Source: an uncultured delta proteobacterium
Lineage (GTDB): Bacteria; Desulfobacterota; Desulfuromonadia; Geobacterales; Pseudopelobacteraceae
Reading direction: 5' to 3'
Assembly (NCBI GenBank): GCA_963772835.1
Contig: CAVYYZ010000003.1
Span: 205,222 to 269,221, forward strand
DNA: 64,000 bases
Position 1 is the first letter of the stretch. Each line of letters starts with the position of its first letter. Both the position numbers and the translations under genes were made by a program. The notes under the pieces are model-generated. The model had not been told where the DNA came from, made no database searches, and was given only the letters and a program-made list of their open reading frames with translations. Below are positions 21,281-30,243 of this stretch, one piece after another.

Positions 21281-22153
21281 CTAGACACTTCCTGTTTTCA
21301 AGAAGTGACGTTTTTCAAACTCAACCGGTGACAGGTCGTCATTGTAGCCATGACGACGGATCGGATTGTAGAACATTTCGATGTAATTGAAAATGTCTTG
21401 TCTGGCTTCTTCCCGATTTTTGTAAGTTTTGCGCTTGATTCGTTCACGTTTGAGCAACTGGAAGAAACTCTCAGCAACCGCGTTGTCGTAGCAGTTGCCG
21501 CGACGACTCATGCTGCAAACCAGATTGTGTGATTTCAAAAACGCCTGCCAATCACTACTGGTGTACTGGCTACCCTGGTCGGAATGAATCACAACCCCGT
21601 TCTTTGGTTTACGTTTCCAGACTGCCATCAACAAAGCATTGAGTGCCAGATCGACGTGCATCGTGGGCCGCATTGACCAACCGACGACCTGCCGTGAAAA
21701 CAGGTCGATCACAACGGCCAGAAACAGCCAGCCTTCGTACGTGCGAATGTAGGTAATGTCAGTCACCCAGACCTGATTTGGTTGCTGGACATCAAAGTCC
21801 TGCTGGAGGTGGTTCTCTGCAATGCTGGCTACCTTGCCGCCCTTATATCTTGGTTTCCGGTAGCCGACTTGAGCTTTAAGGCCATCCTGCTTCATCAGGC
21901 GGGCTACGTGGTTCTTGCCGCAGATTTCACCAAGCTCGCGCAGGTCGCTATGGATTTTACGATAGCCATAGACGCAGCCGCTTTCCAGCCAGAACTGCTT
22001 GATGAGTCCCAACAGCCTCTCGTCGTCTTTCTGCCGTGCTGACGCAGGTTGCTTGAGCCAGGCGTAGTAGCCACTGCGATGAACTCTCATCATGTGGCAG
22101 AGATTGCGAATTGCAAACTCGTCTTGATGCGCTCGGATAAAAGCGTACCTCAC
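21281..22153 (-). CDS. IS3 OrfB DDE transposase (rve integrase core)
   Basis: WVTDITY, HSDQGSQY and GNCYDNAVAESFF motifs; A6G -1 frameshift signal at 22183-22189 on the minus strand. Confidence 0.95.
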   Translation of the reverse strand: MRYAFIRAHQDEFAIRNLCHMMRVHRSGYYAWLKQPASARQKDDERLLGLIKQFWLESGCVYGYRKIHSDLRELGEICGKNHVARLMKQDGLKAQVGYRKPRYKGGKVASIAENHLQQDFDVQQPNQVWVTDITYIRTYEGWLFLAVVIDLFSRQVVGWSMRPTMHVDLALNALLMAVWKRKPKNGVVIHSDQGSQYTSSDWQAFLKSHNLVCSMSRRGNCYDNAVAESFFQLLKRERIKRKTYKNREEARQDIFNYIEMFYNPIRRHGYNDDLSPVEFEKRHFLKTGSV

Positions 22154-22429
22154 CGGGATTCTTTGGCGAAGTACGCGGTGGCCTTTTTTAGGATGTCTCG
22201 TTCTTCTGTAACTCGCTTCAGTTCAGCTCTGAGCCTTTTGATTTCGGCCTGCTGATCGACCAAAGGGGAAGCAGTGCTGTGAGCCCTGACTGTACTTCTT
22301 AACCCAGGCATACAGACTGTGAGTGGTGACGCCCAATCGTTTGGCAACATCGTAGACTGAATGGCCTCGTTCCGTGATTTGTTTGACTGCTTCTAGCTTG
22401 AATTCTTCGGCGTAACGCTTGTCGCTCAT
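22150..22429 (-). pseudogene. IS3 OrfA (HTH) with an internal frameshift
   Basis: KRYAEEFKLEAV..SLYAWVKKY and EIKRLRAELKRVTEERDILKKA lie in different frames, with the break near 22270-22290. Confidence 0.85.
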
Positions 22430-22576
22430 GTAATCCTCCTGAAGTCATTTTATATAACTCAGGAGTGTCTAAGAAACTAGGGGCGATTCAGTAAAAATAA
22501 AAGAGTTATGGGCTTACCTAAATTGTGTGTACCCGTTTTTGGTCGACTATATGTACCTGTAACTGGAACAACTTCT

Positions 22577-23590
22577 ATGATGATCAATATTAAGCGTTTT
22601 ATATCCGATGTATTATCTGCGAATGGAATACACTCCATGTTGGAACATTATTGCCTGTCCGATAAGGCTTTTATTCTAATGTATCACCGGGTAATGAGTT
22701 CCCATTCAGAATTGCCATACTTTGTTCAGCCAGGCATGTATGTAACTACTGATTCTTTTGAGAAGCAGATCGTTTATTTAAAGGGGAAATATAAAGTAAT
22801 TTTCTTAGAAGATTTGGTTATAAAGATGAAAAAAGGTGAAGAAGTAGGCGGTTTTTGTGCGATTACATTTGATGATGGGTGGCATGATAATTTTACTGAT
22901 GTATTTAAAATACTTAAAAAATACCAGGTACCTGCTACCATTTTTATTGCGACTGGGTTTGTGGGAACTGAAAATGTTTTTTGGCCGGAAGAAATTTGCT
23001 ATTGCCTTGAAAAATTCATAACAAGTAAATCAAATCTCAATGATTCGCCGTCTTCTGTAAATAGTTTTATAAAAGAAATATCTCATTTTCGTGCGTGTGT
23101 TCGGGAGGAATTCTTTGAAAAATCGGTAGAAACACTAAAAGTATACTTACCGGACAAGAGGGATGAAATTCTTGAATATTTCAAAAATGTCTATAAAAAC
23201 GAAAAGTTGCCGAGACAGATGCTGAGTTGGAGTGAAATAAAGGAAATGTATGTGAGTGGTTTGATAAATTTGGGTGCACATACAGAGAATCACGTAATTC
23301 TTGATCAAGTATCACGTGAATCAGCTATTGATGAAATTTCTAAGTCCCGCTTAGAAATTGAAAGACAAATCGGCGTGAAGGTCAAAACTTTTGCCTTTCC
23401 AAATGGGAATCAGAATAAAAGTATTAGAACTATCCTTTCCGAACAAGGTTTTGATGCTGCCGTAACGACACTTAAAGGATTTGTAGCAAAAAATACGCCA
23501 CTTATGGAAATTCCCAGAATCGGTATGCACGAAGATGTGTGTAACACCATACCGATGTTCAGATCTCGAATCTTATTTAATAAATTTTGA
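22577..23590 (+). CDS. Polysaccharide deacetylase (NodB/CE4 family)
   Basis: ILMYHRV, AITFDDGW, GAHTENH and FAFPNG motifs. Confidence 0.9.
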   Translation: MMINIKRFISDVLSANGIHSMLEHYCLSDKAFILMYHRVMSSHSELPYFVQPGMYVTTDSFEKQIVYLKGKYKVIFLEDLVIKMKKGEEVGGFCAITFDDGWHDNFTDVFKILKKYQVPATIFIATGFVGTENVFWPEEICYCLEKFITSKSNLNDSPSSVNSFIKEISHFRACVREEFFEKSVETLKVYLPDKRDEILEYFKNVYKNEKLPRQMLSWSEIKEMYVSGLINLGAHTENHVILDQVSRESAIDEISKSRLEIERQIGVKVKTFAFPNGNQNKSIRTILSEQGFDAAVTTLKGFVAKNTPLMEIPRIGMHEDVCNTIPMFRSRILFNKF

Positions 23591-23600
23591 GAAGGATACT

Positions 23601-24806
23601 ATGAACATTTTGGTGACAGACGGCGAAAACAGATCTTCCTTAGCAGTAACACGATCACTTGGAAGAAAGGGGTGTACCATTATTGCCGTTGGAAGGTCCG
23701 CTAATGACATTTCATTCAGTTCCAAGTTTTGCCATAAGGCATATTTAGTACCGGATCCATTGACTGATGGAATGAATTATCTTCATGCAATATCGGAGAT
23801 AGTCGCCAAGGAGCGTATAAATGTCATCTTCCCTATGACTGAACAGTCGGTTTACTGCCTCAATAAATCCAGAAATATTTTGGGACAGAATGTTATTCTT
23901 GCATGTGCTCCACCAGATAAAATGGAGGCGGTTTCTAACAAGTACACACTATTCAAAACTGCTGAAAAACTTGGAGTTGATGTGCCAAAAACTAATTATG
24001 TGGCAGATATCGGCGATTTCTACAAAATTAAAAACAAAATTAAAGTTTTCCCAGTGGTTGTGAAACCGGCCTTTTCTAAAATTCAGGATGGAGATAAGAT
24101 CTTCTCCACCGGGGTAATGTTTGCAGCTAACCAAGCCGAGTTGAATCATTTGTATGAGTCTCAACCGGTATTACGTTATCCATCATTGATCCAGGAAATG
24201 ATTACTGGCATTGGCACCGGGTTATTCACTTTGTTTGACCAAGATCGACACTTAGTTCTCTTTTCACATCGTCGTCTTCTGGAAAAGCCGCCATCGGGCG
24301 GAGTAAGCGTGTTATCAGAGAGTATTGCCGTTGAAAATGATATGGTCGAAGCTTCACGTAAATTATTATCAAATGTTCATTGGACTGGTATTGCCATGGT
24401 CGAGTTCAAAAGAGACGTTCGGGATGGTCGACCGAAGTTGATGGAGATTAATGGTAGGTTTTGGGGGTCATTGCAGTTAGCAATTTCTTCTGGCGTCGAT
24501 TTCCCTGAATTATGCCTTGACTACTACCTCGGCAAAAAGAAGATTTTTACGATGCCTGATTACACTGTAGGACATAAGTTGAAATGGTCCTTCGGTATAT
24601 TAGACCATATGATTATTCGTCTAAAAAAAAGACACACGTCTCAAAACCTCCATCCGGAAGTCTTTACAATCTGGCAAGTAGCAAAAGAATTATTGGAGTT
24701 CGGTTCTTTGAATTCTTCTTCTGATGTTTTTGACATCAGAGATTTAATGCCGTTTGTTGCAGAGTCTAAGGAGTACATAAAAAATTTATTAGGGGCGAAT
24801 CGTTGA
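23601..24806 (+). CDS. ATP-grasp (carboxylate-amine ligase-like) protein
   Basis: FPVVVKP, LIQE.I.G, MVEFK and LMEINGRFWGS motifs. Confidence 0.88.
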   Translation: MNILVTDGENRSSLAVTRSLGRKGCTIIAVGRSANDISFSSKFCHKAYLVPDPLTDGMNYLHAISEIVAKERINVIFPMTEQSVYCLNKSRNILGQNVILACAPPDKMEAVSNKYTLFKTAEKLGVDVPKTNYVADIGDFYKIKNKIKVFPVVVKPAFSKIQDGDKIFSTGVMFAANQAELNHLYESQPVLRYPSLIQEMITGIGTGLFTLFDQDRHLVLFSHRRLLEKPPSGGVSVLSESIAVENDMVEASRKLLSNVHWTGIAMVEFKRDVRDGRPKLMEINGRFWGSLQLAISSGVDFPELCLDYYLGKKKIFTMPDYTVGHKLKWSFGILDHMIIRLKKRHTSQNLHPEVFTIWQVAKELLEFGSLNSSSDVFDIRDLMPFVAESKEYIKNLLGANR

Positions 24807-25912
24807 TACGTCTTTTGCACACCATTGATACCACCGGGCCTGGTGGGGCTGAGACTGTCTTTGTGAATCTGATTATGGGATTAGATCGACAGAAGTTTGA
24901 ATCTACGGTCGTCATTAGAGGGTCGGGATGGGTTTGTGATGAGCTTGTTAAAAACGGTATAACCCCTCAATTTATATACAGCAAGGGGTCTATTAACCTT
25001 AAATACCTTTTTGAACTTGTTAAAATTATTAAAAAAAATAAGATTGACTTAGTGCAGTCCCATTTGTTGGGTTCTAATCTGTATTGCAGTCTTGCTGGTC
25101 TTATTTGTGGTGTAACCGTTGTATCAACTTTTCATGGCTTTGTGGATATTCAAGCAAAAGAACGATTTTCACTGATAAAAAGTTGGCTTATCAACCTTGG
25201 GTCAACAAAACTGGTTTTTGTTTCGGATAAATTGAAAGACTTTTATATATCTGAAAAGGGGTTCTCAGCAAGAAAGTCGATTACCATTTACAACGGAGTT
25301 GATACGACTCGCTTTAAGCCTCAACAGGATAACAGTATTAAAAAAAGACTAGGCTTGGGGCCTAATAATGTTTTGGTGGGATCTGTCGGAAATGTTCGGG
25401 CAGCTAAAGGGTACAATTATCTACTAGAAGCAGCAAAACTAGTGGTAAATCAATATCCACAATTTCGTTTTGTAGTAGCGGGTCAGGGTTCCGGTAAACT
25501 ATATGAAAGTTTGCTGGATTTGAGAAAAGAACTGGAGTTGGAAGATCATTTCTTTTTTTTAGGATTTGAGCCAGATGTTGCAAAGTTCATGAATAACCTC
25601 GATATTTTCGTGTTGTCTTCCGTTTCTGAAGGATTTTCAATTTCGACAATTGAAGCAATGGCTTGCGGAGTTCCAGTGATTGCAACATGTAGCGGGGGGC
25701 CAGAAGAAATCGTTATTCATTTGGAAAATGGATTTTTGGTAGATGTATGCAATCCTGAAAGCATTGCGGAAAATATAATGTCATTATTTAAAAATAAAAC
25801 TATTAGACAGCACATTATAACGAAAAGCACGGAATGTGTTAAAGCATTCTATTCTGATAAATTAATGCTCTACAAATATGTAAATATTTATGATTCAGTA
25901 CTGCTAATTTAA
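24803..25912 (+). CDS. Glycosyltransferase family 4
   Basis: GGAE, IYNGVD and SSVSEGFSISTIEAMACG motifs. Confidence 0.9.
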   Translation: MIRLLHTIDTTGPGGAETVFVNLIMGLDRQKFESTVVIRGSGWVCDELVKNGITPQFIYSKGSINLKYLFELVKIIKKNKIDLVQSHLLGSNLYCSLAGLICGVTVVSTFHGFVDIQAKERFSLIKSWLINLGSTKLVFVSDKLKDFYISEKGFSARKSITIYNGVDTTRFKPQQDNSIKKRLGLGPNNVLVGSVGNVRAAKGYNYLLEAAKLVVNQYPQFRFVVAGQGSGKLYESLLDLRKELELEDHFFFLGFEPDVAKFMNNLDIFVLSSVSEGFSISTIEAMACGVPVIATCSGGPEEIVIHLENGFLVDVCNPESIAENIMSLFKNKTIRQHIITKSTECVKAFYSDKLMLYKYVNIYDSVLLI

Positions 25913-25934
25913 TTCTGACCACTATGGCTATACT

Positions 25935-26900
25935 TTGAGTGCTGATTCCTTACCTAAAGGAGATGTAATTCTGAAAAATATCTCTGTAATAATTCCTTGT
26001 TTTAATGAGATTGACACAATAGCTTTAGTTATTACGTCTGTCAATCTAGCTCTCAGAGAAGCGAATTTCTGTTTTGAGATTGTTGTTGTCGACAACGGTT
26101 CTACTGACGGAAGTGATACTGTTGCCAATAATAATAAGGCTAAAGTTATTTATAGTGGTGCCACCACTGTATCTGGAGTCAGAAATATGGGGGTTATCTC
26201 ATCAAGAGGTGAAATTCTTGTTTTTTTAGATGCAGATATTATTGTCCAACCACAATGGGGGCAATCTCTTCGATCTGTTTATAATTGTATAGTAGAAAAC
26301 GATAATTTTATAACTGGTTCACATCCGCATGTTCCGAATAATATCAGGCCCTTATTTTTTTCCTGGTATAAATGTATATCTGAAGACTTACGAAACACCC
26401 ATCTAGGGTCTGGTCATATGATTGTTTCTAGAAAAACGTTTAACAAACTTGGTGGTTTTGATGAAAACCTTGTTACGGGCGAAGATTATGATTTTTGTCA
26501 AAGGGCAAAAAAGAATGATGTGAACGTAATAACTAATACTGAATTAGTTGTTTATCATCTAGGCTACCCAAATAATATGATTGAATTTGTAAAAAGAGAA
26601 ATATGGCATGGGAGAGGTGATTGTATTACTTTGAGCAAATTCTTCAGCTCAAAAGTTTCTATGTCTGGGGTTATTTTTCTATTATTGAATCTATTGTTAT
26701 TACCGGCACTGTTTTATGACGTAAAATTTTTTTTCGGGATTATTTTAGCTTTATTAGTAATGGCTATAACTGTAAATTTATACAAGTTCGGAATAGGTGA
26801 CTATCGTTCGTTATTCAATAGAAGTATTGTTGCTTATGTCTATCTTTTGAGTAGGGGGCTATCTTTGTTGGTTTCTTTTTCGAACAGTATCAGATCTTGA
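25935..26900 (+). CDS. Glycosyltransferase family 2 with C-terminal membrane helices (true start probably near 25968-25971)
   Basis: ISVIIPCFNE, VVDNGSTD, FLDAD and GEDYDF motifs. Confidence 0.88.
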   Translation: MSADSLPKGDVILKNISVIIPCFNEIDTIALVITSVNLALREANFCFEIVVVDNGSTDGSDTVANNNKAKVIYSGATTVSGVRNMGVISSRGEILVFLDADIIVQPQWGQSLRSVYNCIVENDNFITGSHPHVPNNIRPLFFSWYKCISEDLRNTHLGSGHMIVSRKTFNKLGGFDENLVTGEDYDFCQRAKKNDVNVITNTELVVYHLGYPNNMIEFVKREIWHGRGDCITLSKFFSSKVSMSGVIFLLLNLLLLPALFYDVKFFFGIILALLVMAITVNLYKFGIGDYRSLFNRSIVAYVYLLSRGLSLLVSFSNSIRS

Positions 26901-26944
26901 ATAGATATATAGATTGATTATCTATAAGGTTAAATGGTGCTGCT

Positions 26945-28921
26945 ATGTGTGGTATCGCAGGAATCATTGCCAAAAATAATATTAATTATCAAACTTTAAT
27001 AGAAATAGCGAATGCTATGGCGAGCACTCTTCTCCATCGTGGTCCCGATGCTCATGGTGTATGGGGTGATCCACAGTATTCAATTGCATTATCCCACCGT
27101 CGTTTATCCATTCAAGACTTATCATCTGCCGGTCATCAACCAATGTCCTCTAACAGCGGGCGTTTCTTCATTGTTTTCAATGGAGAAATCTACAATTTCA
27201 GAACCCTTGCCGAGGAATTACGTCAACTTGGTCACCAATTTCGAGGGCATTCTGATACTGAGGTGCTTTTAGCGGCATTTGAAGAGTGGGGCATTGGGGT
27301 AACACTACAGCGGAGTCGAGGCATGTTTGCTATGGCGATATGGGACAGGCAATCATGCGAATTAATTCTATGTCGCGACCGGCTGGGAGAAAAACCACTT
27401 TTTTTCGGGTGGATCAATAAATGTTTTGTCTTCGCTTCAGAACTGAAGGCATTTAGAAATGTTTTTAATGGTGCATTAATTATTGATGATAACGCTTTAG
27501 CAGCCTATTTTCGATACGGTTACGTGCCCACACCCCACTCTATTTTCAAAAACATTTTCAAGTTATTACCGGGGACTTACCTGCGAATACCCCTGCCTCT
27601 CCCCGATGTGAGTGAGTTTAATCCTTTGCCCGACAAAAACTTCCTTTCACCTCAGCCGTACTGGAATGTCGAGACCATTGCCCGCCAGGGCCTTAACAAC
27701 CTTATTTTGGATGAGCATGAGGCTATTTCGATCCTCGATTCGTTGCTCAGAGATGCGATCGGCCATCAAAAAATCGCAGATGTTCCGATCGGAGCCTTTC
27801 TTTCCGGAGGTGTGGACTCATCCCTTGTTGCTGCCGTTATGCAGGCAATAGCAGATAAACCCATCAGCACATTTACTATAGGTTTCAAGGAAAAGGAATT
27901 CGACGAAGCCCCGTACGCGCGCGCCGTTGCCCAGTATATTGGTAGTGATCATCAAGAATATTATGTTTCAGCCAATGATGGTTTGGCTTTGGTTGAGGAC
28001 ATACCCCGGTATTGTGATGAGCCTTTTGCTGACTCATCACAGATTCCGTCGATGTTTGTTGCCAAAATGGCACGTCAGAAAGTCACCGTATGTCTTACCG
28101 GCGATGGTGGGGATGAATTATTTTGCGGATATAATCGCTATTTTGCGTGCGCAAACATCTTGTCTTTGCAGAAGCGTGTGCCGTATTTTTTACGAAAGCT
28201 AGTCGGTAAATCCATAGCCACGATTCCACCACGGGTTTGGCAAGACAGTTACTTGCTCTACAAACGGCTCATGCATGATAAACATACTCAGGCCAATGTT
28301 GGATTGAAGGTTCATAAACTGGCCGCTCTGATACGCATGAACTCAAAGTATGAAGCCTATCGCTTTTTGATGTCCTACTGGCAAGAGCCCGGTGATATCC
28401 TGAAATATTCTCGGGAAGTAACCTCAATTCTAGATCGTGACTCCAGCCCGATGCTCGGTAACTTTATTAATGATGCAATGTACTGGGATCAGCTGGGATA
28501 TTTGATTGACGACAATCTGGTGAAGGGGGATCGTTCCAGTATGGCATACGGTCTCGAAACACGGTTGCCGTTATTGGATCATCGTATCGTTGAATTTTCC
28601 TGGCGATTGCCACTTGCAATGAAATTCAGAAACGGCAAAAGCAAATGGCTGTTACGTCAAGTGCTCAATCGTTATGTACCAAAAAACCTAATTGAAAGAC
28701 CTAAAATGGGATTTACAGTTCCCGTTGGAGACTGGCTAAGAGGACCATTGAAATCATGGGCCGGCGATTTGCTGCATTCGGAAAGCTCCAGTTGTGTTGG
28801 CGTGTTGAATGAGATAAATATCCAGCGTGTCTGGAAAGAACATCAGAACAGTAGCCACGATCATTCACACAAACTTTGGGCACTCTGTATGTGGCTGGCC
28901 TGGGTCGAACAAAAATATTAG
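26945..28921 (+). CDS. asnB: Asparagine synthase (glutamine-hydrolysing) family amidotransferase, polysaccharide-cluster type
   Basis: N-terminal MCGIAG; HRGPD, FNGEIYN, FLSGGVDSS and GDGGDELF motifs. Confidence 0.93.
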   Translation: MCGIAGIIAKNNINYQTLIEIANAMASTLLHRGPDAHGVWGDPQYSIALSHRRLSIQDLSSAGHQPMSSNSGRFFIVFNGEIYNFRTLAEELRQLGHQFRGHSDTEVLLAAFEEWGIGVTLQRSRGMFAMAIWDRQSCELILCRDRLGEKPLFFGWINKCFVFASELKAFRNVFNGALIIDDNALAAYFRYGYVPTPHSIFKNIFKLLPGTYLRIPLPLPDVSEFNPLPDKNFLSPQPYWNVETIARQGLNNLILDEHEAISILDSLLRDAIGHQKIADVPIGAFLSGGVDSSLVAAVMQAIADKPISTFTIGFKEKEFDEAPYARAVAQYIGSDHQEYYVSANDGLALVEDIPRYCDEPFADSSQIPSMFVAKMARQKVTVCLTGDGGDELFCGYNRYFACANILSLQKRVPYFLRKLVGKSIATIPPRVWQDSYLLYKRLMHDKHTQANVGLKVHKLAALIRMNSKYEAYRFLMSYWQEPGDILKYSREVTSILDRDSSPMLGNFINDAMYWDQLGYLIDDNLVKGDRSSMAYGLETRLPLLDHRIVEFSWRLPLAMKFRNGKSKWLLRQVLNRYVPKNLIERPKMGFTVPVGDWLRGPLKSWAGDLLHSESSSCVGVLNEINIQRVWKEHQNSSHDHSHKLWALCMWLAWVEQKY

Positions 28922-29103
28922 CATATCTGTAAAGCCGAGATAAGCTGAGAAAAGTGGACTCATTCTGTGTGATTGCAACTTTACCACACGCATTGTGTCC
29001 ACGTTTTCTCAAACTTCCTGAACCTGTTTATATTCAAAACATCTGCTGATGTGGTTCTGACCTTTTCTTCAAAAAATTACAGCCAAAAAATAAGGCCCTT
29101 AAA

Positions 29104-29913
29104 TTACTTAATGATCTTTAAATTACCTGGTGGCGCAAAAGTGGAGACTGGCGTTAGAGAGGAATTAGAAATAACAACATCATCAATATACATTACAGTC
29201 GTTTGATCAAAGCCTGAGTTCGACCATCCAAGTAAATACATTTCGTTAATATAGTTTCTACCAGCACTTCCATACATGTCTAAATTTGTATAACTTACCA
29301 CCTGCACTCCGTTCTTCCAAACTTGGACTATCCCATCATTAGCTGTGGAACTTGTCGGAACCTTGACCCTTACCATTACTTCCATCCATTTTCCGCGGTC
29401 TACCGTAGCTATAAAGTTATTGAATACAGTCATAGCTGGCTTCTCGCTCCCGTTATGGTAACGATGAATATCCAAGTTAGAATTGCCCCCTGACGCAGCA
29501 GAGAGAGATAGGTTTATTTGGAATCCCGGAGACGTGTATGGGTTAGCGTAAATGGCCCAAAATTTATTATTGTTTGGACTTACATTTCTATGAGAATAAT
29601 TAGTGGGTATATACACATACATACGGCCCCAAAACTCATTTATTTGTGGAAGAACTGCACGCTGCTCTGCCCATGCATCGGCAGTCTGGTCTGAGTTACC
29701 ATTAAACTGGAACCTTAAAGAATGTGATCCAGAATGGGCCATCTCGGTTGATATAGTAGTTGTTGAAGGGGTATAGTCACCCCAATAGCCACCACCAGTT
29801 GAAGCTGAGCGATCACCAGATTCAAAACCATCTTGCAATAGTGTTTGTGCATTAATAGTCTGGGTTGTTATGCACAAGAACAGAACAGCGAAAAAACAAA
29901 TAACTTTTTTCAT
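29104..29913 (-). CDS. Secreted beta-sandwich protein, polysaccharide-lyase/LamG-like
   Basis: Signal peptide ending INA-Q; DGFESG..SGSHSLRF, GKWMEV, DGIVQVWKNG and YIDDVVIS jelly-roll patterns. Confidence 0.65.
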   Translation of the reverse strand: MKKVICFFAVLFLCITTQTINAQTLLQDGFESGDRSASTGGGYWGDYTPSTTTISTEMAHSGSHSLRFQFNGNSDQTADAWAEQRAVLPQINEFWGRMYVYIPTNYSHRNVSPNNNKFWAIYANPYTSPGFQINLSLSAASGGNSNLDIHRYHNGSEKPAMTVFNNFIATVDRGKWMEVMVRVKVPTSSTANDGIVQVWKNGVQVVSYTNLDMYGSAGRNYINEMYLLGWSNSGFDQTTVMYIDDVVISNSSLTPVSTFAPPGNLKIIK

Positions 29914-30036
29914 TTTTTTCTCCCTTCATTGATTTAATAGATTAATTGTGAAAGCAAGATCTGATTTAGCAACCAGATTACTCCCTTCACAAACAACAAA
30001 CTTCATGCCTTAATGTGGTTTCCCCTGGTTAACAAC

Positions 30037-30085
30037 AAAAAAAACCGGGGCCAAAACCATTAATATGGCATTTCGGCAACCCGGC
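30037..30085 (-). terminator. Intrinsic terminator forming the riboswitch expression platform
   Basis: Minus strand GCCGGG-TT-GCC-GAAAT-GCCAT-ATTA-ATGGT-TTT-GGC-CCCGG followed by T8; the 5' arm overlaps the aptamer 3' strands. Confidence 0.75.
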
Positions 30086-30150
30086 TGTCTCGGTGAGACC
30101 CGTAGGCTTTCCGCCCCATCTTTGCAGATGGTTTAGTATTATCGTCTACC
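30067..30150 (-). ncRNA. GEMM-I (c-di-GMP-I class) riboswitch, Geobacter GEMM-Ib / 3',3'-cGAMP-type variant
   Basis: Minus strand GGTAGACGATAATACTAAACCATCTGCAAAGATGGGGCGGAAAGCCTACGGGTCTCACCGAGACAGCCGGGTTGCCGAAATGCC. It shows a GNRA-capped P2 stem, a GGAAAG element, a GTCTC/GAGAC P3 and the AAUACUAAACC junction. Confidence 0.9.
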
Positions 30151-30243
30151 TCATATATTCTTATGTGCTGTATATCATGGCCCATGTGTCTTCCGATGTG
30201 ATTGGAATCACAATAAATCCGGTAAAATGTTTTTGTGTGAATT

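Larger units (their letters stand above)
21263..22490 (-). mobile_element. IS3-family insertion sequence (1228 bp) with terminal inverted repeats and 4-bp target duplication
   Basis: 27-bp IRs TGAATCGCCACCAGTTATCTAGACACT and reverse complement TGAATCGCCCCTAGTTTCTTAGACACT match 22/27; GTAA flanks both ends (21259-21262, 22491-22494). Confidence 0.95.

Noticed and set aside
29996..30012. Sigma54-like AGGCATGAAGTTTGT on the minus strand below the riboswitch
   Set aside because: It deviates at both elements and lies downstream of the terminator; too weak to call.
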